In this document: piece after piece, positions 61,700 to 64,000 of the stretch
Numbering within the stretch: the stretch's first letter is position 1
Layout: the number at the start of each line of letters is the position of its first letter
Assembly: GCA_977016875.1 (NCBI GenBank)
Contig: CDRNST010000167.1
Span: forward strand, 1-64,000
Length of the DNA: 64,000 nucleotides
Source: Pavona decussata
Lineage: Eukaryota
Direction of reading: 5' to 3'
Program-made: the position numbers and the translations under genes
The notes under the pieces: generated by a model
The model's input: the letters and a program-made list of their open reading frames with translations, nothing else
Told to the model about the DNA's origin: nothing
Databases searched by the model: none

Positions 61700-61935
61700 G
61701 GTTAGAGAGCCGCAATTTCGGATGTCTTTTGACATGATTTCTCTTTTCTAAATTTAAAAAGTATTTTGTACTTCTTTCACCATACTCATGCCAGCGTGCT
61801 TTTGCACAGTTTTGCATTTGAGGAACTGGGGTCATTTTCAAACAGCCTTGTAGCTTCAAATTCTTGTTGGGTTTCTCATTCCTAAGTTTAGCTGTCTCTT
61901 TAGAGTAGCTGATAGCGTGTGATTTGATATTGCTA
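61700..61935 (-). mobile_element. L1/Tx1 ORF2 fragment
   Basis: AKARWHEYGERSTKYFLNLEKRN linker motif. Confidence 0.75.
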
Positions 61936-62585
61936 AAGATATTGCTAGAGCTAAAGTTATTGCCGCATGATCTCTACGTGTCGCAGGCAGTATTTCAGTA
62001 GAGTTCACAAAATCACAAAGATTGTTGGAAATTAGCCAAAAGTCTAGACGACATAGTACTGTTGGGGATTTTTGACTTCAAGTGTAACTCCTCTTTTGAG
62101 GATTGTTGATTCTCCCAAATATCAACTACAGTAAACACCTGCATATAAGAACAAATGGATTATAAAAACATCAGGCTGAAATTTGGTCAATAAAGCCTCA
62201 TTTTTATAAGCACAAGATCAGCCTGAAAAATTCAGCATGTTCTTATAAAATGGAAAAGGTGTCATTATTACATAAAAAACAAGTGATTTTGTGTTGGCAG
62301 TCATGACTCTATCAGCTGTCAAGTGGTCGTATTTGTGTATTGAGTACTGTACTGATGTTTCTACTTTAATTGATTTTTCTACTGTAAATACACAAAAAAA
62401 ATTGAGTACAGTATAGAAGTTCATTACTGCATCAAGTTTTGTACAATTTGGATCTGTATACTTAATGTTTCAGTGTCCTGCAGTTTCCTCAGGGTTACAA
62501 CAATCAATAAAGAAAATCCAGGAGGAGAAATCATAAACAAAAGTTAATGTCATACCAAATCCTACAAGTACCATACTGAGGGAGT

Positions 62586-62999
62586 TTATTCTTGACACTT
62601 CTGTACGTTGCTCAGTTTACAGTTGAAATTCGACTCGGTTTTTTTCTTCTGTAATTCTCTAAGAAGATTCTTGAGATATCTAGCATTGCCAATTAGTCGA
62701 TAGTCCACAGGAAGTTCTAGACCATCTCCTTGCCTTTTGTTGAATCCACTTCCAATACACTCTGCTTCAATTGTTCCATCCTCTGATAGAAACTTGTTGA
62801 AGATTTTAGAAAGTTCTGCAGAGACATGACCAACAATCTTGTCATCCTCATTTTTGACTGCAACTGCAAATCGACTGTGTGGATTATCTGGTTCCATTTC
62901 ACAGAAAAGGATCTCCCCAATGTAAACCGTATATTCCTTGAAATAAGCATGATAACCCCTTGTACTTGCTTCTAAAAACAGTTCATATTCGTTCGCCAT
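62586..62999 (-). CDS. HIRAN-like domain protein (137 aa)
   Basis: ATG-to-stop open frame; RGYHAY..IGEILFCEMEPDNPHSRFAVAV..IVGHVSAELS..GLELPVDY. Confidence 0.7.
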   Translation of the reverse strand: MANEYELFLEASTRGYHAYFKEYTVYIGEILFCEMEPDNPHSRFAVAVKNEDDKIVGHVSAELSKIFNKFLSEDGTIEAECIGSGFNKRQGDGLELPVDYRLIGNARYLKNLLRELQKKKTESNFNCKLSNVQKCQE

Positions 63000-63044
63000 A
63001 ATAATGCAACAAAAACACTTTATAAAAGTTCACTTTTGACTCTC

Positions 63045-63785
63045 GCAAGCAAAGCAAAGTGCAAAGTGAGAAAGCTATGGTTCAGAAAAAAGAATAAAGG
63101 TCAAAATAGTGTTATGGAAAAGATACTGCTGACAGCTTCAAAGGGAGCGATAACTGGTTCCAGCGGTTTAGAAAGCGGCATGGTATAATACTCGGAAGAA
63201 GAACTAATAATAAGAAAAGCAGTGCTGACGATGGCAGACTTACAATTCAGAAGTTCCACAAGAATTTGAGGAAAGCCCTCAAAACATAGAGGAGGAGAAA
63301 TAAATCAACCTGTATTGACCCAAAATATGGAAGATGGACCCTTGAAAAAAAGTATAATGTGGACCAGGTCCCTCTTCCATTTGTAGTTGACCAAGCGTCA
63401 ACTTATGACACCATCGGCACTAAGCAAGTATGGATTTCACAACCCTCATTGGGCTTGGACAAAAGGCAAGCCACCTTGCAACTTTGTATAAGGGCTGAAG
63501 GAGACCAGAACGTAAAGCCAGCTCTTGTGTTTAGAGGGAAAGGAAATGTAACCTTACTGGAGAAACAAAGCTATGATGAGAGGATGGATGTATATTTCCA
63601 ACAGAATGCATGGATGGATACAGAACTTAACATGCAATGGTGTAACACTACACTTTTTCCTGGAGTTGGAAAAAATGACCAGGAAAATGTCATTTTTGCA
63701 GACAATGTGGGTTTTCAGCAAACTAGAGAGTTCCACGAGGCATGCAGGAACGAAATCAATGCAACTGTATATTTACTACCAGACT
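63045..63785 (+). pseudogene. pogo/CENP-B-family (DDE_1) transposase fragment
   Basis: FKGSDNWFQRFRKRHGI (HTH), NVDQVPLPF, DKRQATLQLCIRAEG, KPALVFRGKG, QQNAWMD, FADN. One stop near 63288. Confidence 0.88.
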
Positions 63786-64000
63786 TCTGGGAAAAATTCA
63801 CCACCTGGTGGTATCACAAAACGAAACAATTTATTTCCTTAACAGAACGCGTCGTCCTATATGGTTGGCACAACAACGTCGAGAATAAAAGACACTTAAT
63901 GTCACTTTACTTATCGCAAAACATCATATCTTCTCAACAAGTTAACTTTTGAGAGCTTTCTGATCCGCTTTAGACACAAATTAGATATTTTAAAAGAAAG
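63786..64000 (+). mobile_element. L1/Tx1-like LINE 3' fragment interrupting the pogo transposase
   Basis: FWEKFTTWW..ISLTERVVLYG..LLIAKHHI pattern resembles the Tx1 3' regions at 30700 and 34650. Confidence 0.6.

Larger units (their letters stand above)
62129..63785. mobile_element. pogo/Tigger-like DNA transposon (left TIR, HIRAN-like gene, truncated transposase)
   Basis: TA|CAGTAAACACCTGCATATAAG at 62127-62149 resembles a pogo TIR with TA target. The second TIR is not in the window. Confidence 0.6.

Overview
Eukaryotic (invertebrate; a coral/anthozoan origin is my inference from the repeat repertoire) stretch made almost entirely of nested, decayed transposable elements. I found no intact host gene, RNA gene or CRISPR array. 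From left to right: Gypsy element A (702-14110) contains a younger complete Gypsy B (3798-8514, CCAGC TSD). The 5' LTR of A is split by a 4.0-kb TTAA-flanked element (10067-14071) carrying a decayed gene with a homeodomain-like motif, a coding 42-bp minisatellite and a herpes-tegument-like (VTD) cysteine protease. AcademX and Crypton fragments follow. Gypsy C (18953-36461) contains a Tx1/L1 LINE and an AcademH element (21320-32188, 9-bp TSD). The AcademH in turn contains another Tx1 fragment and a Kolobok-type element (21832-27344; DDE transposase plus DEDDh exonuclease) that holds two MITEs. Next come an L2-like fragment and an Ngaro/DIRS-type tyrosine-recombinase retroelement. The block 21691-39947 is tandemly duplicated near-identically as 39951-58207 (period 18,260 bp). 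The window ends with a Penelope element (inverted 5' segment, decayed hammerhead) and a pogo-like element carrying a HIRAN-like gene. The best novelty candidates are the TTAA element with DUB-like cargo, the pogo-HIRAN element and the Kolobok-exonuclease fusion.
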